Source of the DNA: Fistulifera solaris
Lineage: Eukaryota
NCBI GenBank assembly: GCA_030295235.1
Contig: AP026123.1
Location: forward strand, 2,294,001 to 2,358,000
Length of the DNA: 64,000 bases
Direction of reading: 5' to 3'
Position numbers and translations under genes: made by a program. Numbering within the stretch: position 1 is the first letter of the stretch; each line of letters starts with the position of its first letter. Of this stretch, positions 35,218-47,078 are shown piece after piece. The notes beneath the pieces are model-generated. The model saw only the letters and a list, made by a program, of their open reading frames with translations, was not told where the DNA came from and ran no database searches.

Positions 35218-36700
35218 TCATTTGCAAAGTAATCTGGCGTTTTGGACGGGAGTACTCCCAACGGCAACAACTCCCACATAGAGAAGTACAGGTTCTGTCC
35301 ACTGCTGCACGGGACTCCGAGTTGGGCTCTGCGAAGGAACCGTCGCTGGATCGTCCACGTCGGCGAATGCCCTTCTTATGAAACCAGCCAAAGCTCGAAT
35401 AAGCAGCCGGAAAAGACCTGTTTCGTTCTCCTCCGTGGGCTCTTGCACGAGTTCATTCACAACAAACGCTCCTGTAGAGCACGATTCTGCGCTCCCCAGA
35501 CTATTTTTCACGCAAAGATCGGCTGCACTCCACGATGGCGGGCTCAACAAGTTCATGTACATATCTGCGTTGCCTTCGTTGGCCGAAATAGTGCATGTTG
35601 TGTTCCCTTGTACCAAAACTCGCAAAACTTGACGTTCTCTTGGTATCAAATTAAAGGGATCAGATTGTTCGCCAGGCTGCAAGTCAATTATATCGTTTTC
35701 CCAGCGACCATGGCGGAAATACGTGTAGCATGCTCGCATAGCCAGCGCTTGGCCTAGAGTGAACTCATACATACACGCATCGAGAGAGTAATCCATAAAA
35801 TTAAAGATTGGATCAGGACCTCCTCCTGGGCAAGTATCAGGACGCGTCGCAGGCGAACATCCTCCATAGGCGTTGCCTTGTGGCGGCGTATCAGCTATAC
35901 CGTCGGAAATATCACAACCGCCAGAAAATGTGTGCGAGAGACCCAGCCAATGTCCGACTTCGTGTGCCAACGTATCCCCCCTCATTGTAACGCGTATTGG
36001 TTCCTCCCGGTATGGAAGAAGCCTTTACGACAACACCGTCTTTGACCGACCCCGGCGTAATCGCCCATGGGTAAAACGTGAAGCCGAGAGCCCGAAGATC
36101 CGTAAAATACACGTCCAGGGTTTTCGCATTGCCCTTTTTCAGCGCTGTTTTCATTTCCATTTCATCTCCAGAATCCAGATACGCCCACATATTGTTGACC
36201 ACATGAAATACACACGCGCCACTTGTTGAAACACCTTGGACGGTTGCGCCTGGGACGAGGACGCCATTCGCATTCACTTTCGCCATGGCAAATTGGATAC
36301 CTGTTTTGATGGAGCAGGTACCAGGAACACACCAACTCAGCGTAGTGTTGCAACATGACGAAGATCCGTAGGCCCTGTTCAATGCGTCAAGCTGCCGTTG
36401 CAGATCGGCGTTGGAGAGTTTGTTCTTTCCTGTATCGTCGGATATTGAGTAGAAGCACACAGGAACCAATATATTCGCTTCGACATCGACTTCGTCTGGG
36501 CTAGAGAGAAACTTTTCTACCACAAGTTGCTGGGTGGTAATGTCGGCCTCTTTTGCTTCGGGGGTATCACATCGCACAGTCGTCGTTTCGAGGTCGCGGT
36601 CATCCAGCGACCCATGCGACCCATGACAGGATGCTTCTTGTATTTTCGAAAAGCAAGTTATTAATGCGAACGACAATAGTGCATATCCAGGTAGATTCAT
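35218..36700 (-). CDS. Secreted M43 (pappalysin/ulilysin-like) zinc metallopeptidase with a PPC-like C-terminal domain, copy 1; extra base in the C-run at 35976-35981
   Basis: Signal peptide, Cys-switch RCDTP, DGVVV, TLAHEVGHWLGLSHTF, DTPPQ, Met-turn NFMDYS, FTLGQ. Confidence 0.9.
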
Positions 36701-37348
36701 TTGGAAGTTTTTGTTTTGTTGCTCTTCTGTGGGGTGGTTCGGATTCAAGCGAGGTATTTTGTTACAAAGACGTTCCTTTTTCTGTTCGTCGTTTTTTTTT
36801 TAGAGAAGTTGTGAACATTGCGCGAGGGACGAGTTTCGCTCTCGCCAGACGCGCAGGTTCCTTACAGGTTTGCATCAAGACTATAATAAGAAAAGTATAA
36901 TCCGTAGGTACTAAATCGAAGGATCCATTAAGTACGAAAACTCAATGTATTTTTGTGACTATTCAAGATACCTATGAGAAAACCAGCTCATTAACACAAA
37001 ACCGTCTACTAATGTTTTGGTCCCCTCTCGCAAAAAAATAGTACTAAGGTTAATGTTACTGGTAAGCTAGGTACCTGGTACTGTAAATGCAACGTGAAAC
37101 ATGAAACATGATAGAGATAGAGCGGATCGGCGGATGAGCCGACGGCGAGATGAAGAGGAAGAGAGGGAATCAACTACATCGAGAGTTACAACAGGCCTTG
37201 CATCATCTTTGTCTTTCGAAAGACACGTTTATCTCAGATAGGTGAGTTTTAAAGGCCCGAAGAGCACGCTGCGAGCTATCGACGCAACAACACACAAATT
37301 ATTCACCAACTGACGTCACTTGACTTCGATATTCCCTCCATAATCACG

Positions 37349-38128
37349 ATGCAATCTCGTCTTTCTCTCCTGTGCTTTCTCTGTGTCGCATGCGTCGACG
37401 CGTTTGTTCCTACCGATGTACGGAGGCACCACTTCTTATCTCTTTCCCAGAGCTTAGATGAGCACGCCGAGACAGAAACCGCTAGGTCCTCTCAGCAGAC
37501 AAGACGATCCTTTGCGAAAGCCTCCGCTGCCGTCGTTGCTGCCTCTTTATTCCATAAAAACTCACCGGCCAGAGCAGTCGATGGAGAAGTTCCCGTTTTC
37601 AAGACAGCATCCGGACTGAAATACATCGATCTACAAGTAGGAACCGGCGAGTCGCCTCAATATGGTCAGCTTTGTTCGATTCAATACGCAGCCTACATCA
37701 AATTACCGGCATCGGCCAAAAATCCCAATCCTAAACCGGAACTCTTTGAGAAACAAAGTGCCTATCTTTTGAAGCATGGGAATGGTAGAACGATTCCTGG
37801 ACTCGATGAGGGATTGCACACGATGAAAGTGGGTGGGAAGCGTCGATTGCTGATTCCTCCGAAGCTAGGTTACATTGAGAACGGTCTCGGCCCAATTCCA
37901 GAGTATCCATGGGATCGAAGGAAGCTAAACCAGCTGTTAACGTCGATGGTGGAGCAAGCGGGAGGAACTGTGATATTTGAAGTGACACTGTTGTCCGCAA
38001 TTGATGACGAAGCCGATCAGGGTTACTACTCCGATGATTCCCTTTCGCCGGAAGACTTTGATACATTACGAAAGAACTTGCAAAGAAAAGTTCAGGAAAA
38101 TAGGGCACAACAGCAAGACGCGGTGTAG
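37349..38128 (+). CDS. FKBP-type peptidyl-prolyl isomerase, plastid/thylakoid-lumen targeted
   Basis: Signal VDA-FVP, twin-arginine TRRSF plus hydrophobic stretch and ARA; SGLKYIDLQVGTG, IPGLDEGLHTMKVGGKRRLLIPPKLGY, FEVTLL. Confidence 0.9.
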   Translation: MQSRLSLLCFLCVACVDAFVPTDVRRHHFLSLSQSLDEHAETETARSSQQTRRSFAKASAAVVAASLFHKNSPARAVDGEVPVFKTASGLKYIDLQVGTGESPQYGQLCSIQYAAYIKLPASAKNPNPKPELFEKQSAYLLKHGNGRTIPGLDEGLHTMKVGGKRRLLIPPKLGYIENGLGPIPEYPWDRRKLNQLLTSMVEQAGGTVIFEVTLLSAIDDEADQGYYSDDSLSPEDFDTLRKNLQRKVQENRAQQQDAV

Positions 38129-38169
38129 ATCTACAGTGACTTAACGAAAGTTTAATCAAATATATTCGC

Positions 38170-39554
38170 TTAATATCTTTGTTTCGAAGCAGCAATGCAT
38201 TTTTTGCGCCAAGCCGTCATGTCGATAGGATGCGTCAATTCGGACGCTTCATCGTCCGGTTTCCAAATCTTGATAGTTTTATCTCCTTCTCCCGTGATCA
38301 ATCGTGTACCGGTAGCGTCAAAGGCCGCCGCCATGATGGAGTTTTCCGAGTCCAAACTACCCGGCTGCACCTGTGACATGGTCTGCTGGAAGGAATATCC
38401 CGTTTTGTAATCCCAGAAATGCAAACTACCGTTATCTCCGCCAGACACCATAACTCCATCATCATTGACTGCCATAGCGTTAATAATAGCTTTATGGCCC
38501 GTAAAAGTGTGCAGAAATTTCCCATCTTTTCCTTGAAACTGTTTAATCTGACCATCGGCAGCCCCGGAGCAGAACGTGTGCTCAAACGAGGGCTGCGCTA
38601 AGGCACGAATCGACTTTTGATGATGCGTCAAAGTCGTGACGCATTTACCCGCCACGAGATCCCATAATCGAACGGTGCTGTCGTGGCTCCCCGTGATCAC
38701 TTGCGGTTGCATCGTCTTGGTCACGACGGCGGCTACCGTATTGTCGTGTCCGCTCAAGCAATGCACCTGTTTCTTGGTACGAATATCCCACACACGCGCC
38801 ACGGCGTCTCGTCCTCCGGTCACCAAAACATCGACCGTCGGATGGAGGGACATGCAATAGACACCCGAGAGATGTCCGTGATAATGACGAACGACTTGGT
38901 TCGTTTCTAAGTCCCAACACTTGACCTGCTTATCTTCTCCGCAACTGAACAAATACGGATGTCTCATCGAAAACGCCAGTCCCCGCACGGCAGAAATGTG
39001 TCCCGTCAGAGTGTATTGCAACGCGGACTCACTGCCGACCGAGGCCGCTGCGAGATTGAATACTTTGATCGTCCGATCCGCGGAACCGGTAGCAAACCAT
39101 CGGTTCGTGGCTTGATCAACCGCAATCGAACGCACCCATCCCAAATGGGATGATATGACAGTCGAAAGCTTCCAGGGAGCATGCCATTGGGGTGTGGGAA
39201 TGTAAACAGAACGCTGATGATCGGGTCGTTTCACTAAAATGCGACTCGACGATGTTTCTTCATCCGCTTCCTTGCTCGTTGCTGCTATCAGAGCTTGAGA
39301 AATTCGTTCTTTTTCGGTTCCGATGACGCCACTACCAATGCTTGAGAGCTTTCCCCTCCTTCGGATTTCGTCACAATGCCGTATCGCATCCGCTTGCGTC
39401 GAGCGAGGGACGCTTCGCGGAGGGAAGGGTCGGGTAAGAAGACCGGATCATCGAAGAGTTGTCGGGAGCGACTGGCTATGTGTAACGCCGACTCGGCGGC
39501 GTAGTTGTGGATTGCTTTTTCTGTCATGCTATTCCGTTCATCTGTTTTATGCAT
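38170..39554 (-). CDS. PRL1: Pleiotropic regulator 1 (PRL1/PLRG1/Prp46) WD40 splicing factor; frameshift near 39300; start uncertain (39554 or 39527)
   Basis: PQWHAPWKLSTVISSHLGWVRSIAVD, HPYLFSCGEDKQVKCWDLETNQVVRHYHGHLSGVY, QPGSLDSE, EASELTHPI. Confidence 0.92.
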
Positions 39555-39902
39555 CCATGTCGCTTCTTTTGACAACTTTGTGTCTTCGTCTGCACGGTTT
39601 TGCTGTGTGCAAATTTTTGCGGGGAAACGGAAAAAGTAGTGGAGCGGCGGGCGGACGCTGTGAGCCAAAGCCTTATACATCTTAGCGGTACTCCGGAAGA
39701 TAATTGTGGGTGACGAGCGGTAATAAAACGAGGGAGAGGGATCAGGATCGGGCTAGATATCGATTTTATGCCTGTCTGAATTGAATTGGCTATAGCACTC
39801 TTCTCTTTTGTTCATTAAGTTTCGATGGGTGACGAATCATCACGACGGAGATAAAAATTTGATATAATCGGTTTCCAGCAAAAAGCAAAAATGAATCTTA
39901 GT

Positions 39903-41305
39903 CTATGATCTTAAGCTGCAACGAACTGTAAAATTTTGAACGGGTGTGTTCCCATTAGCAACAACTCCCACATATAATGGTATAGGGTCTCCAGGAAAGA
40001 GAATATCACGGATGAGCCCCGTCAACGCGCTAAATATGGAACGAATCGGGCCTCTTCTTTGAGAATTGACGTATTCACTAATATCACCCGTGGAACATGA
40101 TTCGGCGCTTGTCGTACTATTTGATTTGCATAGATCTGATGCACTCCAAGATGGCGGACTCAACAGGTTCATGTACATGTCTGCGTTGCCTTCTTTGGCG
40201 GAGACAGTGCAAGTAGTCCTTCGTCGGATCATTACTCGAAAGATCTGCCGTTCTCTCGGTATAAGATTCAAAGGTGCCGATTGCTCACGAACTCGTAATG
40301 AAATGACCTCGTTTTCCCAGCGATCAAGTCGGAAGAAAGTGTAGCACGCTCGCATGGCCAACGCCTGCCCTTTCGTGAATTCGTACATACAGGCGTCGAG
40401 AGAGTAGTCCATGAAATTGAAAATCGGATCGGGACCACCTCCGGGGCATGTATCCGGACGCGTCACAGGCGAACAGCCACTGTAGGCATTTGCCTGAGGC
40501 GGTGTATCCTCGATTCCGTCCGAAATATCACAGCCACCTGCAAAGGTGTGCGACAGACCATCCAGTGCCCCACTTCGTGTGCCAGCGTGTCTCCTTCATT
40601 GTAGCGTTTGTTGCTTCCTCCGGGTACCGTCGAAGCCTGCACCACAACACCATCTCGAATCGATCCGGGAGTGATTGCCCACGGATAAGACGTAAAGCCG
40701 AGCAAGCGAAGATCCGTGAAATATATGTCCAGTGTTTTCTCGTCACCCTTTTTCAGCGCCGTTTTCATTGCCATTTCGTCGCCAGCGTCCAGATAGGCCC
40801 AGGCATTGTTCACCACTCGAGTCACGCAGGCATCACTGGCTGAAACACTGCTCAACGTCGCGCCTGGAACGAGAGCGCCATTGGCATTGATCTTCGCCAT
40901 GGCGAATGATATCCCAGTATTGATCGAGCAGGTACCCGGAGCACACCATGTCAGAGAAGTGTTGCAACAAGAAGAAGAACCGTAAGCTCTGTTCAATGCG
41001 TCAAGCTGCCCTTGGAGAGCGCTGTCGGAAAGACTGTTATTTCCTTGAGTGTCGGATATGACATAGAAGCAAACTGGAACCACAATCTCCGCGTCGACTC
41101 TCTCCGAGCTGGAGAGAAACTTTTCAACCACAAGCTGTTGTGTTGCGATGTCTAACTCTGTAGCTTCGGGGGTACCACACCGATTCACTTCCTCAAGATC
41201 TCGAGCAACGTGTTCCTCATGAGACCCATGAGACGACACACCTTGTATTCTCAGAAAGAGCGTTAGTAGGACGAAGAAAAAGCGCAGATAATCATTTGCC
41301 TTCAT
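39903..41305 (-). CDS. Secreted M43 zinc metallopeptidase, copy 2; one G missing near 40559 inside the zinc motif
   Basis: Collinear with copy 1; RCGTP; HEVGHWM(G)LSHTF is restored by one G; NFMDYS. Confidence 0.9.
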
Positions 41306-41923
41306 TCGGTCTTTTCTATTCTTTTCTTTGAATCGCTCGCTATATGGTGGAATCAAAGAAAGAATACGTTTCGCAATGGTTTGTATTGCAATGCATTGGC
41401 AACAACTCGCTCAATAAGATCGGGGCGTTTTCTGTGTCGGCTTTTCGTCCTCCTTCGCGCTTCGCGGTCATGGCTAAGCACGGATTATAAGTTGGTATCC
41501 AGTACCAGGTAGCGCTATGCTATACTGAAGCTAAGTTTAAGTTTCTACAAATATATTTTGTAACTATTCGAAAAAATTGAATGCCAATTTTATTGTAGCA
41601 ATTGTGGCGATGAGTCGTGGCAAAGTGAACCGCGCGTTATGGGACGTTGACTAAGGTCATGGCGGCCTGCCGACGGTCGAGACTCTCTCACTCTAGCTTG
41701 GCAGTTAAGGGCGTGCACTATCTAGAGCGAAGAACGCATTTCTTCTCTTCTAAAAATCAGATGATACGCATGCTTAACCGGTAACGTAGTGCTTGTAACA
41801 ATGCCTAAACACGCGAGCTTTGTAGATTGAAAATGAAAATCTAGTCGACGGCATTATATAGACTAGCACCTACGATTCCATCGCTTTCGAGACTTTTTCG
41901 CTATTACGTGTATACTAGAGCAA

Positions 41924-43432
41924 TTACAATTTAAGCCACACCCCAGAAGTGCACTTGAATCCGGAACCAAAGGCCACCTGCAGAATTCTGTCTCCCTTGC
42001 GCAGCATATGCTTTTGATTTTCTTGGATGTATTCGAGTTCGTACCAGATACTGCTCGAACTTGTGTTCCCGTAATTCAACAACGTCATTCGAGAAGGTTC
42101 TGTATGATAGGCTTCCAGCTTCAGGTTCTTTTCAATTCCGTCGATAACAGCGCGACCACCAGCATGAATACAGAAATGATCAATCGCAGTCTTAAAGTCG
42201 GGAACGTACGGCTTCATCGGTGATTCTACTTTGAATACGTTTTTCTGAAAGTATCGTACTATGATACTCAAAACCACCAAAGCTTGCTCGCTCCAAGGCA
42301 GTACTTGAGGCCCGAGCATGGTAAAGTTTTTCTCCATGCATTTGCCGGCCACCTTCACGATATCTTTCGAGAGACGCACTCCCTGTTCTTGCTTCGCATC
42401 TTCACCTTCATAAACACACTCGTACGCGGCCTGACCGGTTCCCTGGACACGAACTGTGTGCAACAATTTGTACCACGCGCGACGACCGTCGGACCAACGA
42501 TTGCTCAATACCATGGCGGCACCACCGCAACGAAAGAGAGTATTTTGAATTAAAAATCCTCGGTCATTTCCATGATAAAAGTTGGGTGTCAAAATCTCGG
42601 TCGAAACGACGAGCGCTTTCTTGTACGAGTGTTTGCTAAGAAGCTGCTGTGCCAAATCAATGGAAATCAAAGAAGCCGAACATCCCATACCCGATAAATT
42701 GAATGTTTGCACATCACTGCGCATCCCGAAATGGCTTAACACCATGGCACACAAGGAAGGCGTCGGCGAAAATAGACTGCAGTTAATGATTAGAACGTCA
42801 ATATCTTTGGGTTTCACGTTGGCTTTGCGCAAGGCCTCCTCCACGACCGTGAAAATGACCGTTTCCGCTTCGGCGCGCGATGCCTTCATCGATCGATCCG
42901 CCTTTGGGTAGGTGACCGACCCATCCGGCTGCTTTTCTTCTTTCAAACTCTGCACAATACCCGGAGGCCATGCCGTCGACTGACCCGTTCCACTCCGTTC
43001 GAGGATGCGTTCCATGAATTCGATCGAGTCTTCCGTAAAGCAATTCTGGCGACGCATGATTTCGACAATTTGATCGTGCGACAATTTCCAAGACTCCGGT
43101 GGTTTAAATGTAGCAAACGACAACAGGTAGACCGGACGTTGCACGCGCATAATCAGCGCACCGGAAAGCAACACCAACGCGGTCGCCTTGACGTACGGAG
43201 CGAGCAGACTGAATGTGTTGGTGTTGTTTTTCAAAAAATTGTGATACAGTCGCAGCAGAAGTTCCTTGACGGCGGTAGCGACCGCGTAAACCGTTTCGGT
43301 CGTCCACTTTTCTCGGTGAAACAGTTCTTTGCTCGAGATGACTTGATGAACAATTTGCGCCAAGAGAACGAAAATTAATAGTGTCATGATTTGTGGCAAA
43401 TGAGTACCAATCACATGCGTCCAGTCAATCAT
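41924..43432 (-). CDS. KCS: 3-ketoacyl-CoA synthase (FAE1/KCS-type very-long-chain fatty acid condensing enzyme)
   Basis: N-terminal TMs, RPVYL, LERSG, NCSLFSPTPSL, NLSGMGCSAS (catalytic Cys), HFCIHAGGRAVID, GNTSSSSIWYELEY, FGSGFKC. Confidence 0.93.
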   Translation of the reverse strand: MIDWTHVIGTHLPQIMTLLIFVLLAQIVHQVISSKELFHREKWTTETVYAVATAVKELLLRLYHNFLKNNTNTFSLLAPYVKATALVLLSGALIMRVQRPVYLLSFATFKPPESWKLSHDQIVEIMRRQNCFTEDSIEFMERILERSGTGQSTAWPPGIVQSLKEEKQPDGSVTYPKADRSMKASRAEAETVIFTVVEEALRKANVKPKDIDVLIINCSLFSPTPSLCAMVLSHFGMRSDVQTFNLSGMGCSASLISIDLAQQLLSKHSYKKALVVSTEILTPNFYHGNDRGFLIQNTLFRCGGAAMVLSNRWSDGRRAWYKLLHTVRVQGTGQAAYECVYEGEDAKQEQGVRLSKDIVKVAGKCMEKNFTMLGPQVLPWSEQALVVLSIIVRYFQKNVFKVESPMKPYVPDFKTAIDHFCIHAGGRAVIDGIEKNLKLEAYHTEPSRMTLLNYGNTSSSSIWYELEYIQENQKHMLRKGDRILQVAFGSGFKCTSGVWLKL

Positions 43433-44457
43433 CCTATCAAGCGCAAGTAAAGAAACGATTGAGTAAGAAGGAAGAGAAAGAAAACGATTGTTAGTGACGG
43501 TCCTTTTGAAAAGCTACAAAGGACCTGTCAAGGCTCTTTCAGTAGAAACGGAAAGGACTATTCAAGGTCCTCTCCGAAATCGCACGTACCCAATTAAACT
43601 CGACTTTCGAACTCGGTATTCACGCGCCTTCGAATTGAAATCGGAGTTGATTGAAATGTCGGTATCGGAATCAACGCGATGCATTCCGGTGGGTTCGTTT
43701 TGCTGATTAATATTTTGGTTTCGCATTTGAGGGGGCATTCGATGATGAAAGTAAAGGGAACTTCTGTCGTGCTTGACGGTCGACGAAAGCTCCGGTTTGT
43801 TGAAGATGTGCTCGATCACTGTTGTCCGACCTTTTAGAAACGACGGCTGAACTCAAAAGAGTGCAATAATGAGAATGAAAGAATGAGAAAATCACCCAGC
43901 AATACAGTGTCTACAAGCTCTCTCTTCGAAGCAAATCTTTTAACAGACACGGTGTCGCTGATCTATGATATTCCAGCAGAAAAGATCAGTTTGTTATCGA
44001 CGGATGGTGTGAAGATGATGATGACGAAAGCAAGGATGCAAAGTGTGATTTTGATTTTTGATGATGTCAAACTCCAACAGGAGCAACGTAGGTCGCGTTG
44101 TTGGGTGGAGGTGCGGTGATTTTTTGCGTGATGATGATGAAAACGAGACTGTCGCGGCTTGTAATCTTCCGCGCCAGCCGACATGTCCAATCGTGATTTC
44201 ATTGGTGGAAATCAGATGGAAAGAGTACCCATTCGTGATACTCCCCATTTTGCGGTACTGACTTGTCTAGGTAGATTTTTTATTTAGCGATCTTCCAAAA
44301 GATCGTTAGCTAAGGTGGCTAATCGACTAGGTTCATGTAATTTTAAGCTCAAAACATTGCAAACAGGGTTCAAGGGTTCACAAAACGAATAAATGTACTG
44401 CTGATCCACACGCTCCTTGCAATTGGCGGCGAATTATCATCAGGAATTATTTTCAAT

Positions 44458-46533
44458 TCATTCGGCCTTCTTTAGGTTCTGCGAAAACCACTCATCCAAC
44501 ATTTTACGAATACGTGCACATGGCTCTTCCAATGAGAATAGTTTGTTTATCTGCTCTTTGACTGCATCGATACGTTTCTTGGCTTCTTCCTTGATGTACT
44601 TTCCTGCTCCTTTGATCTCGTAAATCCATGGCGCCGCCGCACTCACAAAGTCAAAATCAGGATCCAAGCTTTTGCCAACTCCGTCCATCTGACTCAAGGC
44701 TCGGGCGACAAAGGCATATTCCGCAGGAAGCTTAAAATACTTCATAATTTCAGCGTCCGTGGATGTTGCGTTACTGGTGATATTCTGTTTCACGGTCTCT
44801 CGAAATTGGTAGCCTCTTTCTTTCAGTCGTTTCCGATTGGCCTTGATTTTCCCCGTTCGATAGTTGTCGGCAATCTTGGCCCGAACTTTTTCCATATCAG
44901 CGTCGGGCTGAAGGACACCCATTTTCTGAAACGAGGTCATCGATCGATCAACATCCGAATCCACAATGGCATCTATAATCTCGAGGATGCCATCCCCTTG
45001 TTCGGCGGTCAATGTTGCGGCTTGCCCAAAGTCATAAAAGACGAGTCGAACGCGATCTTCTGGCTGGGTGGCGTTCATATTCAAAAGCTCCACTCCGAGG
45101 TTCCCAGGATGCGGATCTGTTGAAAAGAAATTGTGACAACAAAGCTGACGCAAATAGGCCCGACCCAGACAGTCCGCCAAGTACATCTTATCATCGTCGT
45201 CGACACCAGCAGCCTCCAGCTTATCATTCCTTGTAATCTTGATACTTGGTACATACTCATTCACCAAAATTTTCTCGGAGGAAAGATTCGAGTACACGTA
45301 GGGTGTTCGTAACCATGGGGCAGCACTTGGTAGTTCTTTCCCATCCTTAGAAAGCGACCGTGACTGCACGCTCCTTCCTCCTAAAGCCAAACCAAAATCG
45401 GAGCAGAATCTCATAGCATTTTCAGCTTCGTCGCGATAATCGATTTCTCGGTAAAGGATTTCCTCCGCATCTATGAAAATTTCCGTCCAGTTTTGTTTGA
45501 TGCCACCAACGTCGCCCATCGACCGCCCACTGAAGCGATCCATCATGCCAGCTAAATTGGTAAGAAGCGCAAAATCTTGATCGTACATTTCTCGCAAATA
45601 AGGTCGCTGTAATTTGATGGCCACAATGTCGCCCGTTTCGCGAAGCGTCGCGGTATGAACTTGGCCCAGACTGGCGGCCGCAATGGGCACATCGTTGAAA
45701 TTCAAAAATGTCTCTTCAAAGGGGAGTCCGGTCGAATTGCCATCACTCGGCCAAGCGGCTCGGACCAGTGCCCACGCTTTTTCACCACTTTGTGCCGGCA
45801 CTTGATCTTGCAATCGTTCCATTGCCTTGATCCACGGTGCCGGCAATAATTCCGACCGACACGATATAATTTGTCCCAATTTAATATACAAGGGACCCAG
45901 TTGCAACAATCCCGTCGTGAGTTGTTGTCCCGATTGTTGTAACAGAGTCTCGGCTCGATTGTGGGCGCCGATCCATTGCCATCCACGCGAAGGAAGGTAT
46001 CCACCCAAGGTCACCACCAACACCAAAGTCAAAAGCGCCCGCCCCCGCGCTCCCGGATTCCGAGCATACCGACCCCATTCCGAAGTAGCATCTTGTGCTT
46101 GCCGTTGTTTCACTTGTCGATGTGCGACGTATTGCCATATCACAAACAAAGCGAAAAGTGGGCGTTTCCACATTTTGTACTGCTGATACAGTATCGTAAG
46201 TAGCAGACGAAAGGGAGTTCCTGTCGTGAAAGCTTTTGTAGCTAGTGCAGTAAGTATTACGAACATGGCGATCCTCTTTATCGAGCTAGACTTGATCCAA
46301 GCAAAGAGCTTTTCTGAAAAGTTGCCGATTGTTTCGTCGTTTCGTCTTTGTTTCGTCGTCACTGGTGAAATGTGAATTGTTTCATCCTTGCGTTCGTCAA
46401 GTGCAGCCGCGGATAAGCACAAAGTGGTACGACTGTCTTTGACATTCGGTGGAAAGGAAAGTACGTGAAAGGATAGAACCGGCTGAAATCCGGCGACGAG
46501 AAACTGCAAGAGCCAGGCGTGTCGCAGTATCAT
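44458..46533 (-). CDS. ABC1/UbiB atypical kinase, probably plastid-targeted
   Basis: LGPLYIKLGQ, LQDQVP, PIAAASLGQVH, AIKLQRP, EIDYRDEA, DPHPGN, YDFG; signal peptide ending VLS-F. Confidence 0.92.
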   Translation of the reverse strand: MILRHAWLLQFLVAGFQPVLSFHVLSFPPNVKDSRTTLCLSAAALDERKDETIHISPVTTKQRRNDETIGNFSEKLFAWIKSSSIKRIAMFVILTALATKAFTTGTPFRLLLTILYQQYKMWKRPLFALFVIWQYVAHRQVKQRQAQDATSEWGRYARNPGARGRALLTLVLVVTLGGYLPSRGWQWIGAHNRAETLLQQSGQQLTTGLLQLGPLYIKLGQIISCRSELLPAPWIKAMERLQDQVPAQSGEKAWALVRAAWPSDGNSTGLPFEETFLNFNDVPIAAASLGQVHTATLRETGDIVAIKLQRPYLREMYDQDFALLTNLAGMMDRFSGRSMGDVGGIKQNWTEIFIDAEEILYREIDYRDEAENAMRFCSDFGLALGGRSVQSRSLSKDGKELPSAAPWLRTPYVYSNLSSEKILVNEYVPSIKITRNDKLEAAGVDDDDKMYLADCLGRAYLRQLCCHNFFSTDPHPGNLGVELLNMNATQPEDRVRLVFYDFGQAATLTAEQGDGILEIIDAIVDSDVDRSMTSFQKMGVLQPDADMEKVRAKIADNYRTGKIKANRKRLKERGYQFRETVKQNITSNATSTDAEIMKYFKLPAEYAFVARALSQMDGVGKSLDPDFDFVSAAAPWIYEIKGAGKYIKEEAKKRIDAVKEQINKLFSLEEPCARIRKMLDEWFSQNLKKAE

Positions 46534-47078
46534 GGCTTTATTGATCGTACAGTTTGTGATATTCGTGCAAGATTCCCAGAAGTTAAATCTCCCTGGTGTC
46601 CATCGCAGCTATGCTGAATGTGATTTTTATGAAGACGATGAAAGATACGATTATAATTCGTTAGATCATTGAAGTATTACCAGTAGAGGTTGAACGGAAT
46701 GGAAAAGAAGCAACGGATCGCAACAAACGATCGGCCATTTATTTGCGCATCGTACCGGTAGTGAATGCCCTCACAAATGAGTACCGGATGATACGACCAT
46801 ACGCCGATGACCGATGACCCGCGCTCTGTACATTTCCCACCTATACAGTAAGTTCGAGTACATAACAAAGTACACGGAAGGAAGTTGAACAGTCATTTTG
46901 TGAGCGAATGACTTTCCCCATCTTGGATCGGTCAAAAGCGCCACCTTTTTCTGTAGTTCACGCCATGGTGTTTTCGAAGGTAATGCATCACAAGTTTTCG
47001 TTCATTGAGTCTTTCGATTGCTTCTAAACAAAAGAATAGACTGCTTGCTAGCCGGGTTTGTTACAAAAGTCTTCAGAT

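Noticed and set aside
38128..38170. Very short convergent spacers (also 22203-22254 and 59080-59148) suggesting antisense regulation
   Set aside because: Common in compact diatom genomes; no specific evidence.
43963..44202. 79-aa ORF with a His-run and a TM-like segment
   Set aside because: Could be a gene fragment or small protein, but I found no continuation or family evidence.
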